Shown here piece after piece: positions 41,140 to 53,890 of a stretch of DNA of 64,000 bases (its first letter is position 1; each line of letters opens with the position of its first letter). The translations under genes and the position numbers were made by a program. Source of the DNA: Vicugna vicugna (Eukaryota); assembly GCA_013265495.1 (NCBI GenBank), contig MU057865.1, forward strand, positions 124,001 to 188,000, written 5' to 3'. Under the pieces are notes generated by a model. The model was not told the origin of the DNA. It ran no database searches and was given only the letters and a program-made list of their open reading frames with translations.

Positions 41140-42100
41140 CGAGGGGCACCCTGATGCCCGCATGAACTCCAGCCGGAGACTGACTCCCCGCGGGAAGAGG
41201 CTTGTGCACCCAGTGGAACAGCAGCCGGGAAGGGCTGGCCCCGTGGCCGCCCCGGCCCGGCTTTCGCCCAACGCTGTGACCCGAGCGAGCCCCAGGGCGC
41301 CTGCCCGTCTTCCCCCACGGCCTGCTAACGTGCCCGAATACTACAAGCAGGGACTAACGCTCCAGTGAGACGACAGAGGGGACATGCTGCCGGGCGCTTG
41401 GCCGCCGTGGGGACCGAGCAGCCGCGGGCCACGCCCTCGCGGTGACCCGGGACGCACACCGCGGTTCTGATCCCGAAGGCCCTTCTGCTCTCCCGCCTCT
41501 CGGGCTCAACCTTCTCCCACCGCGGCCTGGGCTCCGGACGCAAGCCGGGCGGTCGCTGCAGAGCTCGCGAGCGGCTGCCTGCACGCGTTCGGCTTTTCAT
41601 TTCTGCTGAGTGACGTTACCTGCCGTCGGCTTACTCGGCAGCTTTTCCCGGACAGCAGACTGCGCTTGGCGCCCACCTCGGCTCACAAACCCTGCAATTA
41701 AGCGATCGTTTGTCCTCACAGGCTCGACAGAAACGAGTCCGAGGCGGGCTGGGAGGAGCTCCGACTTATTAAACTAATAAATAGCTGGAAGCCCCCGCCA
41801 AGCCTCGGCCCCCCCTTCTTACTTACTTCCCTGGTTTGTGGCTCCTGAGACGGGGAGATGGGGGACTCAATTGCTTGGAAAGAAGGTCGCCTGAGAACTA
41901 CATAGCGCTCTCATCCCAGAAACAATAACATAAAACGGGGACGCCCTAGGGTGCTGCTCAATGACAGCTTCCTGCAGGCGCGCGCTCACCCCGCGTTTCT
42001 GACGCCCGCACGTAGACGCGCCCAGCGAGACAGGGCCATCCACCCGGCCAAGGGGAGGCCCTCGGAGATGCCGCTCTGACTCCCGTGCCATTTGTCCCAC
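41140..42100 (-). promoter_or_regulatory. CpG island, probable promoter directed to the minus strand
   Basis: The only long GC-rich, CpG-dense segment in the window; several minus-strand GT(A/G)A donor motifs. Confidence 0.85.
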
Positions 42101-42559
42101 CTCCCTTCGTTTCATTTCTAATTACAAAGATTTTAAAAAATTATTTCGCATTTATCATCTCAAGGGTGGAAATCCCTGGATGTTACCTTGCACGTAATAT
42201 TTCGAATTGTCATTTTTCTCACATATCCTACGTCATTGGGTCATGAATTTTTAAATTATTATCACCACGTATTTACATGACACAGGAACACTTTATCTAG
42301 CCAGAACTCATTTTTCTAGAATATTCTTGATTCCAAAAGATTCGATTGTATAAAAGCGTTAGGTAAGCAAGATAGTTTTCTGGAAAGTCGAAACAGATGT
42401 CATGTCTACATACATGAAGATATATGCACACTCACTTTATTTACACACAGTTCTCACAAGTGCACTTGTGTACTTTCTCAATCTCCAATCTAAAAAATAA
42501 TAGTCCTTCCTACAGATTCATTTTTATGGATAAGTCTCTCCTCTTCCTACTTCCCTTGT

Positions 42560-43210
42560 CCAAATTGAGCTTGTGAAATTCCACTTAATCATTTTAAAGT
42601 GAACAACACAGTAGCATTTAGCATATTCACAACACTATACAACCACCACCTCTGTCTAGTTCCCAGATATTTTCATCACCCCAAAATAAAACCCCATACC
42701 ATTAAGCAATTCCTCCTCATTACCCACTACCCCCGGCCCCTGGCAACCACCAAACTACTTTCTGTCTCTACAGATTTACCGATTCTATATATTCACATAA
42801 ATGAAACCATATAATATGTGACCTTTGGTGTCTGGCTTCTTTTACTTAATGTTTATGAGGTTCATCTGCATTGTAGTGTGTATCAGTACTCCATTCCTTT
42901 TTGTGGCTGAATAATATTCCATTGTGTGGATATACCAAATTTCATTTATCCGTTCATCCACCGATGGACATGGGTTTGTTTTCAATTTCTGACTATTGTG
43001 ATAGTGTTGCTATGAACATTGTGTATACTAGTATTTATTTGAACACCTGTTTTCAATTCTTTGGGGTAAATACCTAGGTGTGGAATTGATGGATCATCTG
43101 GGAATTTTATGCTTCACTTTTTGAAGAACCAGCAAGCTATTTTCCATAGCAGGTGAATGATTTTGCGTTCCCATCAGCAGTGTATGAGGGTTCCAATGTC
43201 TCCAATTTTA
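42560..43210 (-). mobile_element. L1M(B)-type 3' fragment
   Basis: CCCCTGGCAACCACC..TTTCTGTCTCTA..GCTGAATAATATTCCATTGT..CCCATCAGCAGTGTATGAGGGTTCC, the reverse complement of an L1 3' end. Confidence 0.88.
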
Positions 43211-43899
43211 TTTCACACGCTATTGCCCTGAATATGTTTAAGTACTTTCTCAAACCCTAGTCTAGAATGCTGTAACCTTTCTTGCAGGCTCACTATTGAG
43301 TGCTCGTCACCCCTCTTTCTACTTCTCTTGGCCAAGTTAAGCTTGTTCCCAGAAACACACTTAGTATCAATGTGCCTACTTACAGCAGCCCACTGCTTCG
43401 CCCCAAAGCTGAAAATTTCCACTCAAACTTAGGTTATTTGATTTTTTTTTAAATATCAAGTTCTAAAATGTTCAATTATGCAAAGTCCCCCAAATTTTTA
43501 CATACCTATTCCAACCTGGATTCCAGATAGGCTCACTCGGGACTGGCATTGTTATGCTCTCAGGGAAAGTTGTACCAGAGGCTATTGAAATGGGATGGAA
43601 ACAATTTAGTATAAAGGACACGAAGCAGATTGAAAATTCAAGTGACTCATTTAAAAGATAAAAAGTAAGAAAGGGAACAATCAGAGTACATTATAGTCGT
43701 AAGAGTGAAAATATGATTATTAATTTAACCAAAAGTTATAATGTAAAATTGCATGAGAAGGATGGGGAGAGGAAAAAACCGAGGAATTGGTGGTACAAGA
43801 GAGGTAAATTACCAGTACCTGAAAGGAAAGACAAAAGATAATGCCTGCAATTGAGAGATCAAAAGATAGCAACATGCATGAATGTTTCAGTTATTTATT

Positions 43900-44330
43900 G
43901 ATGTATTACAAATAACCCCAAAACTTTGCAATTTAACATAACCACCACCATTTTATTATGACTCACATGTATGGAGTTGATTCTGAGAGTTGGTTGGGGC
44001 CTCAGCGAGACTGCTGCCTGGGACACCCACACATGGCCTCTGTATATGCCATGAACTTCTTTATAACATGATGGTCTCAGATTTTTCACATTGTAAGTGA
44101 GGGTCCAAATGTCCCAGAAGGCTCACATAGAAGCTGAAATCATTTTTTATGACCCAGTCACAGAAGTCACATAGTGTCACTTCCACTGTGGTCACAGGAA
44201 TACTCTGATTCAAGGAGAGAAAACATAGACCCCACCTCTCAATGGGATGAGGACCAATGTGACACTGCAAAAAAAGAATGCATGAGTTGGCAATCTTATT
44301 GAGGCCATTTTGAAAACTATAATTTGTCAC
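43900..44330 (-). mobile_element. Old MaLR MLT1-type LTR
   Basis: CAAATAACCCCAAAACTT..CAGAAGTCACATAGTGTCACTTCCAC..CCCACCTCTCAATGGGA. Confidence 0.75.
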
Positions 44331-44429
44331 ACGTATTATTTAGAAAATGTTAATGCTGGAAAGAAAACTAAGAGTCTTAAGTGTTTGCTTCTGGTGAGGA
44401 AAACTTGGAAAAGATTTTGAATCTGTTTT

Positions 44430-45304
44430 ACTTCCCAAAAGACATCCAGATGGTCAACAGGCACAAGGAAAGATGCTCAATATATCACTAATTATTAGAG
44501 AAATGCAAATCAAAACTACAATGAGGTATCACTGCATACCAATCAGAATGGTCATCATTAAAAAGTCATAAATATTAAGTGGTGGAGAAGGTGTGGAGAA
44601 AAAGGGACCCTCTTACACTGTTGGTGGGAATGTAGATTGGTGCTGCTATTATGGAAAACAGTATGGAGTTTCCTTAAAAAACTAAAAATAGACTTACCGT
44701 GTGATCCAGCAATCCCACTCCTGGGCATATATCCAGAGGGAACCTTAATTCAAAAAGACACATGCACCCCAATGTTCATAGCAGCACTATTTACAGTAGC
44801 CAAGACATGGAAGCAACCTAAGTGTCCATCGACAGATGACTGAATAAAAATGTTGTGAATATTTATACAATGGAATACTACTCAGCCATAAAGAGAAGTA
44901 AAATAATGCTATTTGCAGCAACATGGATGAACCTGGAGATTGTCATCTTAAGTGAAATAAGCCAGAAAGAAAAAGATATATGGTATCACTTATATGCTGA
45001 ATCTAAAAAACTGATGAACTTATTTACAAAACAGAAACAGACTCACAGACATAGAAAACAAACTTAAGGTTATGGGGGGAAGGGATAAATTGACAATTGG
45101 AGATTTGCAGACACTAGCTACTATATATAAAATAAACAAGAAGTTCCTACAGTATAGCACAGGGAATTATATTCAATATATTATAGTAGCCTATAATGAA
45201 AAAGAATATGAAAAGGAACATATATGTATAAATGAATCACTATGTTGGACACTAGAAATTAACACAACATTGTAAACTGACTTATACTTTGATTTTTAAA
45301 AAAA
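44430..45304 (+). mobile_element. 5'-truncated lineage-specific L1 (ORF2 C-terminus and 3' UTR)
   Basis: ORFs 44637-44843 and 44855-45067 give [38 protein letters not shown] and YTMEYYSAIK..AATWMNLE. Confidence 0.95.
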
Positions 45305-46069
45305 GGAGATATTCAGATGCAGGGAAAAAAAAGGAGTCCTGTTTGAGGATCAGAAAACAAGAGCTCCATTTTCAAAAAAGGACTAGAAATATGAAAATAC
45401 ATACTTTCTTTATCCCCAGATGACGCCATCTCCATCATTTCATACACCACTAAGTCATCTGAACCCTTAGAGCCTGACTTCCCAGACTATGACACATGAA
45501 CAGTGTCTTCCTTGGTTATTTGACTGTATTGTATTTAATACTGTCACCTGCAATGATCAATTCTCTCTGCACCAGTTTCCTTTCTCCATATGTAAAATGA
45601 GAGATTTTTGATCTCTAAACATCCTTCCAACAATAACATTCTCAGCATCTATGAAAGTAAAATGAATCATTCTTTGTATTGGATGCATGGGATTATTGTA
45701 TGAAGGAGAAAGGAAGTTTAGCTTCAGAAATATTCGAGGAGTAAATGAATTTGCCCCTGGAAATGCAGTGCAATTTAGTGGAAATGAGAGAAGAGTTGAT
45801 TTATTTCCATTGGCCTTAAGAAAGAGCAAAGAACAGACATTGGACAGGTGTTCTATCTGCATCGTTTAGTATTATTGACATTAAGTATTAATTCTAGAAT
45901 GAAAGTAGATGTAGTAGAAATGTATATATTGTTTGGTGATAAAGTATTTATTGAAAATTATCATGAAACTCTCTAACTTTATCCAAAACTAGGGTTTTAT
46001 CATTGTCTCACACCTCTATTTCAAAATGCATTTTGTTATATTTTGCACATCGTTTTTCCCCCTGCCCAT

Positions 46070-49000
46070 GAGACTTCTGCTTCAGGTCAAGATGGAGTAA
46101 CAAGAACCAGATTTATCCCCCTCCTGAACTAATTTTTAGAAAGACAATGTATAAACAATTTTAAAGAGACTGGACATCAAGCAATGAAGGACAGTCATGC
46201 CCAAGGGAGAGAAGACATATGATTGTCTCACCTTCCTCCAAGACAGTGCCCAGGGAGCAGCACAGGGAGGTGGAGCCCGGTGGACTCTGAGTTGAAGAGA
46301 TGGAGCTGAGTCTGGGGAAAACTATGGCAGCTAGAATCCAGAGGACAGTGCACCAAAGAAGAAAGTCACACAGAAAGAAGAGATTCAGTGGGGCCAAGCA
46401 GGTGTTTGATTATCCAACCTCCACCCAGTGGAAAAAGTAGGTGGCACTCCAATTTCCCACAGGGGTGGTGATGCTATGAACAAGTGGGGAACTGGACTTG
46501 CATGCCTAGGCAGCAGCAGCAAGAAGGTACAAGTTGGTGCTTCATCTCCTCCGTGGAAACGTCAGCTGGGCCAGTCAGAGTTTAATGAGCTTCCCCCTCA
46601 TGTGCGAGGAGGCAGTGCGAGACAGCACTCCTCTATTGTCAGGGTGGTGTCGGCAGGACTCGTAGGGAACCAAACACAGGGCAACTGCTTGCTAGAAGAA
46701 AGATTAAATACGATCCAGAGTCTCACAGCATGTTACCAAAAATGTGCAGGTTACAACTGAAAAACTACTCTTCATACCACGAACAAAGACAACCACAAAT
46801 TGAATGAGAAATAAATGGATAGATACCAACACTAAGTTGGCTCAGATGTTGGGACTGTCTGACAAGGACTTTAAAGCAGGCATCATAAAAATCTTCATTT
46901 CACAATGGTGAACACTCTTGAAACAAAAAATTAAAATCTCAGTGAAGAAATAGATATAAAAAATAACCAAAATAAAAATGTAGAAATGAAAAATGCAATA
47001 AAAGAACAAACCAAAAAAGTCTCACTGGACAGGCTTTTCAGTACACTGGAGACCACAGAGGAAAAAAATCAGTGAATTCAAAGACAGATAAATAGAAATC
47101 ACCCAAAATGAACAATAGAGAAAAAAGAGATTTTTAAAAAATGAATTAGCTTCAGGGACCTCTACAACAGTAACAAAAGATCTAACATTTGTATCACTGG
47201 AATTATAGGAAATGAAAGGTGGGAGGTTAGAAAAATATTCAAAGACATAATGACTGAGAAAGTCCTAAATTTACTGAAAGGCTTAAACATCCTAATTTAA
47301 GATGAGTGAACTGTACACAGAATAAAGCCAAAGAAATTCACACCAAGACATACCATAATCAAACTTATTAAAACCAAAGACAAAGAAAAACTCTTGAGAG
47401 AAGCTAGTCTTATCTGTAGTGGACAAAATCTATTGGAGTGACAGCAGATTTCTCACTGAAACCATGGAAACCATAAGAAAGTGAACAGCAACAACAAAAA
47501 AGACACAACCATTTTCCAAGTTCTGAAATCAAAGAACTGTCAACAATGAACTCTATATGTAGTGAAAGTATTTTTAAGCAATGAAGGAAAAACAAAGTCA
47601 TCCTCAGAATAAATAAAACTAAGAAAAATTTTTTGCCAACAAACCTACTCTTAAAGAGTGACTAAAGGTAATTTTCTAAACAGAAAGGAAGTGATAACAG
47701 AACAGAAACAGAGTTGAACTTAAGAAAGGAAGAAATAATGATGGAATGGGTAAAAAAAATAGGGGCAAATATATATATTATCCTTTCCCTTGTGAGTTTT
47801 GTAAAATTATACCTGGTGGATAAAGCAAAAATTATAACAGCATTTGACATGGTACTCAGTGCCTGCAGAGAACATACTAAAGGCATGTAAGTTCTAAAAG
47901 TAAGAAATATAAAGGGACCTAAATGAAAATAAAGTTTTTACATTTTACTCAAAGTGACAAAATGTTGAAACAAGTAGACTGTGATATATGACACATACAT
48001 ATGTTTTAATACCTAGAGGAAACCACTAAGCACAGTTACCTTCAAAAAAAAAAAAAACACTACAGATAAATGAAAATAGAATTCTAAAACAAGATCAAGT
48101 AACTTTCAAGAAGGAAAGGAGGAACAAGAAACAGACAAATAAACAGGAAGCAATAAAATAGCATTCATAAGTGCTAATATTTTAAAAAACATAGCTATAT
48201 TCCAGATGTTCAGAAAAAGAAGTAGAGGTGTATAATTGGAGTCCTTATGGAGAGAGGGAGAAAAAATATTTGAAGAAATAGTGACTGAAGATTTTCAAAA
48301 TTTTCAAAGTCAACAAATTCCAAGCATACGAACATCAATAAAATTAAACCAAGATACATCATAATCAAATTTCTCAAAAGTAGTAATAAAAAGAAAAAGA
48401 TTTCCCCTGACTCAATTAGAATTAAATTAGAAATAAGTAGCAGAATGATATCTAGAAACTCCCCCAATATTTGCAAACTTAATAATATACTTCTAAAAAC
48501 CCCATGAATTAAAGAAGAAATCAAGAGAGAAATTAGAAATTATTTTGAACTGAATGAAAAAGTAATACATCAAAGTGTGTGAGATGTAACTAGAGCTGTA
48601 CTTAAAATGAAATTTATAGCATCAATTGCCAATATTAGAAAAAACAACAGCCTCAAATTAATGACCTTAGCTTCTACACTGAGGCACTAGAAAAAGGAGT
48701 ATAAATGAAACACAATGTAGACAGAAGGGAAGTAACAAAGCTTGGAGTGGAAACATAATGAATTCTGAGATTTGGGTGGCACAATGGGTCCCAAGCAAGA
48801 CAAATAAAAATAAATCCATGCTAGGCATTTCCTAGTGAAGCTACAGACTGTCACAGAAAAAGAGAAGTCCCAATTGCTACCAGGAAGGAATGACTGTCTC
48901 TCTTTAAAAAAAAAAAAACAAAGAAATATGGACAATTGCACTGGTAATATATATATTTTAGAAGCAATAACAGATACCAAAATACTAACATCTTCAAAGT

Positions 49001-49300
49001 ACTGTAAAAATTTTCTATCACAGGAGATTTAGACAGGGAACTAAATGATCCCTCGAGAGTAAAGTGCAAAATAAAAAACATTTTCAGAAATACAAAAACA
49101 AGAAGTGTTGACAACTTATAAATCCATAATGAAGTAACTATACAAGAGATACACTTCCACAAGAACGGGGGTTAAACCTAGGAGAAAGAAGCAAAGAAGA
49201 TGGCAAACAGACTGGGAACCATAAACACGTATTGAAGATTTCAAAGAGAAAAGATGATGATTCAACTATGGGAGTGTTTCAGAGGGGGAACGATGCTGAT
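46070..49300 (+). mobile_element. Mosaic of old L1 fragments (5' UTR, ORF1 and ORF2 pieces)
   Basis: Starts GAGACTTCTGCTTCAGGTCAAGATGGAG; very A-rich; L1-like CCAAGACATACCATAATCAAACT and CAGCAGATTTCTCA motifs; boundaries approximate. Confidence 0.75.
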
Positions 49301-49324
49301 TAATTCTGATGATTTTAAGGAGAG

Positions 49325-49887
49325 TGGAAAGCAGTGAACTAGACTCTGCTCCCAAATGACTTTCCTGATGCTAAAGCTGTTTGCTGATTCACTCCGACCT
49401 GGAATTCTTGTAACTTGCTGTTTTTCTTTGACAAACCCCCATCTCTGTTTATCTTCCTCAAACGCTTTTGTGCTGAACAGCCTGTAACCTTCCCATTACA
49501 CTCCCTTTCACTCCCCCCGCCACCCCCAGCCTCCTTAGTTCCGGGGAAAAGGTAATATTCTGATTACCACCTGAGCTCCAGAAACCCACAGACCCATCAC
49601 CAGATTTCCATGACCCCAGATACAATGGCGTCTGAGTGGACTTCTGGAACAAGAAGAATGCAAGATCCACACACCCTGATCCTTATCACCTGCTCCTCAC
49701 CCCAGACCCTTCCCATAAAACTTCCCCAGACCCCATGCCGGGTGGACACACCGTTCTAAAGGCGCTAGCCTGCTGTGGTCCCCTTTGTCTGACAAAGCAA
49801 TTAAAGCTGTTTCTTTCCTACTTCACCCAAAACTCTGTCTCCGAGATTTAATTCGACACCAGTGTACAGAGGCTGACATTTCAACAA
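49325..49887 (+). mobile_element. ERV1-like solo LTR
   Basis: CATAAAA TATA-like motif, ATTAAA polyA signal, ends TTTCAACA; 5' end uncertain. Confidence 0.7.
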
Positions 49888-50854
49888 GTATACATATATA
49901 AAATGTGAGAGGACCCACCAGTAGAACTTAAATCACGTGGCTACTCTTAAAGCAGCAGAAGTGAAAAAGGGATATTGAAAATTCTAATCATTCTAACAGA
50001 GTCGAGGAGGGGATGAAGGAGCAAAAAGGACCCTCGGATCTGCTTTAGACAGAGGGGTCAGGGACAGCTTCCCGAAAGGAAGTGATAGTTGCATGAGATC
50101 TGAGTGACAAAATTCGCCAAAACCGCAAAAATCTAAAAGACTTGCTTTCACACTTCCTTGGATCCCCTTCTTGGTTCCTCCGAAATTCTCACTGCCCTGT
50201 ACTCTTCTTTCTTCAGTCTTACCAACTCAGATTTCATGTCACTATTTTTGTGTGTGAGTTGCATGTGTTTCGATGTCATTCTTCTATTAACCTTACAGAA
50301 TTATAAACATTTCAAGATCAGACTGAGTAACACTCATTCCAAGGAAAATAAGTTTTCCATTCCTGACACTGATGTATGTGTGAAATCACAAAAGTCCCGC
50401 ATGGTAACAACCATGCGGAGAAAGTGAGTGTCAGGAAAATCTCTAGCTGTTCAGAATTTGTAGACATCAAACAGATTCATGGCTCACTCAAGCAGCACAC
50501 CGCCTTGGGAACTCTAATTCAACGGATTTGTATTTACATATGAGAAATTGATGCATTGAGAGAAACTGTCTTTCTCTCTTTAGAAGCAGAGCTTGCCTTG
50601 AAATCCAGAGGCTTCTTGTATATACAGAGACAACAAGAAGGGAGAGGAAAAAAAATCAAGTTTTCTCGTTAGTGTAAGATAGCTTTAAAATAGTCCTTAA
50701 AAAAGCAAGCCTTTTAAAAAGAATTAAAAGACAAAACAGACCGGGGGAAATATTAGCAAAAAGACGTATCAGATATAAAGGACATGCAGCCAAGATATAC
50801 GAAGAACTCTTAAAACACAACAGGAGGAAAACCACGCAATTAAATAATGGTCAG

Positions 50855-50998
50855 AGGGGGAGGGTACAGCTCAGCGGTAGAGCCCGTGCTTAGCATGCAC
50901 AGGGTCCTGGGTTCGATCCCCAGCACCTCCACTAAATATAATAACTAAAAAAATGAATAAAATTAATTATACCCCCTTCAAAAATGGGGAAAAAAATT
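50855..50998 (+). mobile_element. tRNA-Ala-derived SINE (vic-1-like)
   Basis: GGGGGAGGGTACAGCTCAGCGGTAGAGC..GGTTCGATCCCCAGCACCTCCA followed by an A-rich tail. Confidence 0.92.
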
Positions 50999-51413
50999 AA
51001 AATGGGCAAAAGATCAGTACAGACACCTCACCAAAAAGATAGCAGGTGGCAAATAAAAGTGGAAAAAATGCTCAACTACAAACAGAAACAACAATAAGAT
51101 AAGGCTCGCTACACCTCTGTTAGGATAGCTAAAATCCAAAACACTGACAACACCAAATGCTTACCAGGATGTGGAGCATCCGGAACCAGCATCATCGCTG
51201 GTGGGAACGCAAAATGGTGCAGCCACTGTGGACGACAGTTCGGCAATTTCTCACAAAGCTAAGTATTCATCACCCTGTGATCCAACAACTGCGCTCCAGG
51301 CATTTACCAAATGACTCGGAAACTTAGGTCCACACGTGAACTTGCACACAAGTGGAACTTGCACACAAATGGTTAAAATAGCTCTGTTCAGAGCTGCCAA
51401 AATTGGAAGCAAC

Positions 51414-52045
51414 TGATGCAGGAAAACGGATGTGGGGCGTGAGGAGGACCGTGTCCCAGGCCTCAGCTGAGCCCATGGGACGTGCTCCGCCAAGTGTGGG
51501 TCCTTGGCTTCACTCAGGAAAGAATTGAAGAGCAAGCCACTGTTGAGTAAAGGTAGGTTTATTTAGAGATACATCGAAAGGCAAGAGAAAGGCCACGAGG
51601 TGTCAGGAATGGGTGCTCAGATTAGAATAAAAGTAGGTACAGACGCCATAGACAGAGTGCGGGCCGTCTTCAAAGAGAGACGAGGTGGGGCAGCCATGAG
51701 GGGCCCAGTTGCCAGTTTTTATGAACTTGGTGACATCATATGCTAATAAGTGGAAGAACCATTCTGACTACCCTAGGGAAGGGGCTGGGATTCCCAGGAA
51801 GTTGGCCATTTCCCACCCTTTGACCTTTTGTGCCTAGCCTTGGGACTGCCATGGTGCCTGTGGGCGTGTTATTCACCATGCTAGTATATTACAGTGGGCG
51901 TCTAATGAAGCTCAAGGTCTACTAGAAGTCAAATCTCCCACCATCTTGAGGCTCAAGACCTACTAGGGGTTGAATCTTTCGCCATTCTGGTGTTAATTGT
52001 TGTGTTGTTCCTTGAATGGCTGTGCCCTGTCCCCTTCCTGTCTCA
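51414..52045 (-). mobile_element. ERV1-like solo LTR
   Basis: TG..CA termini, TSD CAAC/CAAT, minus-strand AATAAA; interrupts L1 sequence GGAAGCAAC|..|GAAGATGTCC. Confidence 0.88.
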
Positions 52046-52339
52046 CAATGAAGATGTCCTTCCATAGGTGAGTGGATACATGAGCTGGTACATCCCAGTT
52101 CCATGCCATGGAAAATTATTCAGCAATCTTAGAATCTAGAGCTATCAGCCACAGAAAGATAAGGAGGAATTTCAAATGCATATTGCTAAGAAAAAGAAGT
52201 CAGTCTGAAAAGCCTAAATATTCCATGATTCCAATTATATGACATTCTGGAAAAGGAAAAACAATAAAGACAATAAAAAAAAAATTTACTAGTTACCAGG
52301 GGTTAGTGGCTGAGGGAAGGAGGAATGAACAGGGAGAAA

Positions 52340-52857
52340 CATTAAAAAGAAAACCACAGATCCAAAATGGTGCCACTCGTGCTAAACCCCAGGATATCAA
52401 ACCTGAGTTTCATACCTGACCTCACTGCAGTTTCAACTTGCCCAGAACTGTGATTTTTTTTTTAATTGAAGTATTGTCAGTTTACCATGCTGTGTTAGTT
52501 TCTGGTGTACAGCACAACGCTTCAGTCCTACATGAATATACATATGTGCATCTTATAACCAACCTGTTTGAGATGTTCTGCTCAACACCAATGAGGTGAT
52601 CTGTCAAGTGAGCCCTCCCCACCCTCTAGAGGAAGAAGCCCGTGCAGTCCCCTTCCCCCCAAAAGATTTTCTGGCCTAAAAATAACCCTTTCTTTTGCTA
52701 ATAGCTTCCTTGTCGGCTCCCCCTCCACCCCAACGCTTCTTCCTATAAAAGCCTTGCATTCTGTACAATCCTTCCAAGCACCCGGACTCATGAATCTCCT
52801 AATAAAACCACTTAGATCTTCAAATTACTCCCTTAAATTGTTTTTTTTTTTTTTAAC
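52340..52857 (+). mobile_element. ERV1-like LTR with an antisense L1 tail at ~52455-52550
   Basis: CCTATAAAAG TATA box, AATAAA at 52801, T-rich 3' end; internal T run followed by reverse-complement L1 tail. Confidence 0.7.
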
Positions 52858-53261
52858 GGAGCACAGGGAATGAGGGTGGAGGAACTACTCTGTGGGATGC
52901 AGTAAGGATGGATGCGTAACACGACACACTCGTTAAAACCTATAGAAATGCACAGCACAAAGAACTAGGCAACCCTAATTCAAATCATGGATGTAGTTAA
53001 GAATAACGTGTATCAGTACTTCTCCTCAATTAGAACGAATGTACCTCACTAATGCAAGCTGAGAATCACAGAGGGGCCTGATGGAAAGAGGGGAATACGG
53101 GAGCTCTCTGTACTTCCTCTGATTTTTCTGTAAAGCTAAAACTGCTTTTAAAAGGTAAGCCTATTACATATAAGAAAAAGGCTGATTTTTCTAAAAAGCA
53201 AGTCTTAATAGTAACCAGAACAGAAACATTTATCATCCAAGTTGTCAGCAAAGAGAACAGG

Positions 53262-53393
53262 TTTTTCTTTTTTCTTTTTTCTTTTTTGTGGAGGGAGGAG
53301 GTAATTAGGTTTATTTATTTGATGGAGGTACTGGGGATTGAACCCAGGACCTTGCGTGTGCTAAGCATGCGCTCTAGCTGAACTACACCCTCC
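53262..53393 (-). mobile_element. tRNA-Ala-derived SINE (vic-1-like)
   Basis: GGAGGTACTGGGGATTGAACCCAGGACC..CTAAGCATGCGCTCTA; long flanking direct repeat. Confidence 0.92.
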
Positions 53394-53890
53394 CCAAGTT
53401 ATCAGCAAAGAGATAGCAGGGCAGTAACCAAGACTAAACCCAATGTTCTTTATATTTATTAACTTAATTGCCCTTTTTTAAAGTCTATTTGGAATAGAAA
53501 GAGTATATTAATTGAACAAAAGCAGCTGGAATTCCGCCTACTACTACATTGTTTCTTGGATAGTCATAAATCAGAGAGAACAAGTTTCAAAATAGGATTT
53601 CTCTTTGTGACTTAGTCTGAGTTTATTACCAAAACCTTATCCAAATGGTATGATTTTCTCCCAGCAGTATTATTTTAATTGCTTATCCTCATTCCTGCAT
53701 CCGTATTTAGTCTGGGATGTCGGATTTCTTTCCTTATACCCATCTCAATTTTAATCAAGTAAATCAAAGCTTTCTTTTTAATGATCTAATCTCCAGAAAT
53801 TTACTTTACATATACTGCCTCCAGTCCTCTGGAGGCAAAGTACAGCTATTCAAGGAATACTGTGTTCAGATCTGCACATTGATTTAACTA

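Larger units (their letters stand above)
50720..53160 (+). mobile_element. L1M-type 3' fragment hosting a SINE, two LTRs and a young L1 tail
   Basis: GCTGGTGGGAACGCAAAATGGTGCAGCCACT and CCAATTATATGACATTCTGGAAAAGG; L1 sequence resumes across each insertion. Confidence 0.85.

Noticed and set aside
40931..41600. Arg/Pro/Ala-rich ORFs in the CpG island
   Set aside because: Expected from stop-codon depletion in GC-rich DNA; no recognisable protein
44637..45067. ORFs with real protein similarity (also 28063-28488)
   Set aside because: Broken C-terminal fragments of L1 ORF2p in 5'-truncated elements, not host genes
50855..50931. tRNA-Ala-like sequence (also at 11430, 20890, 35040 and 53320)
   Set aside because: Extra 5' G-rich leader, A-rich tails, flanking direct repeats and divergence between copies mark these as SINE heads, not tRNA genes
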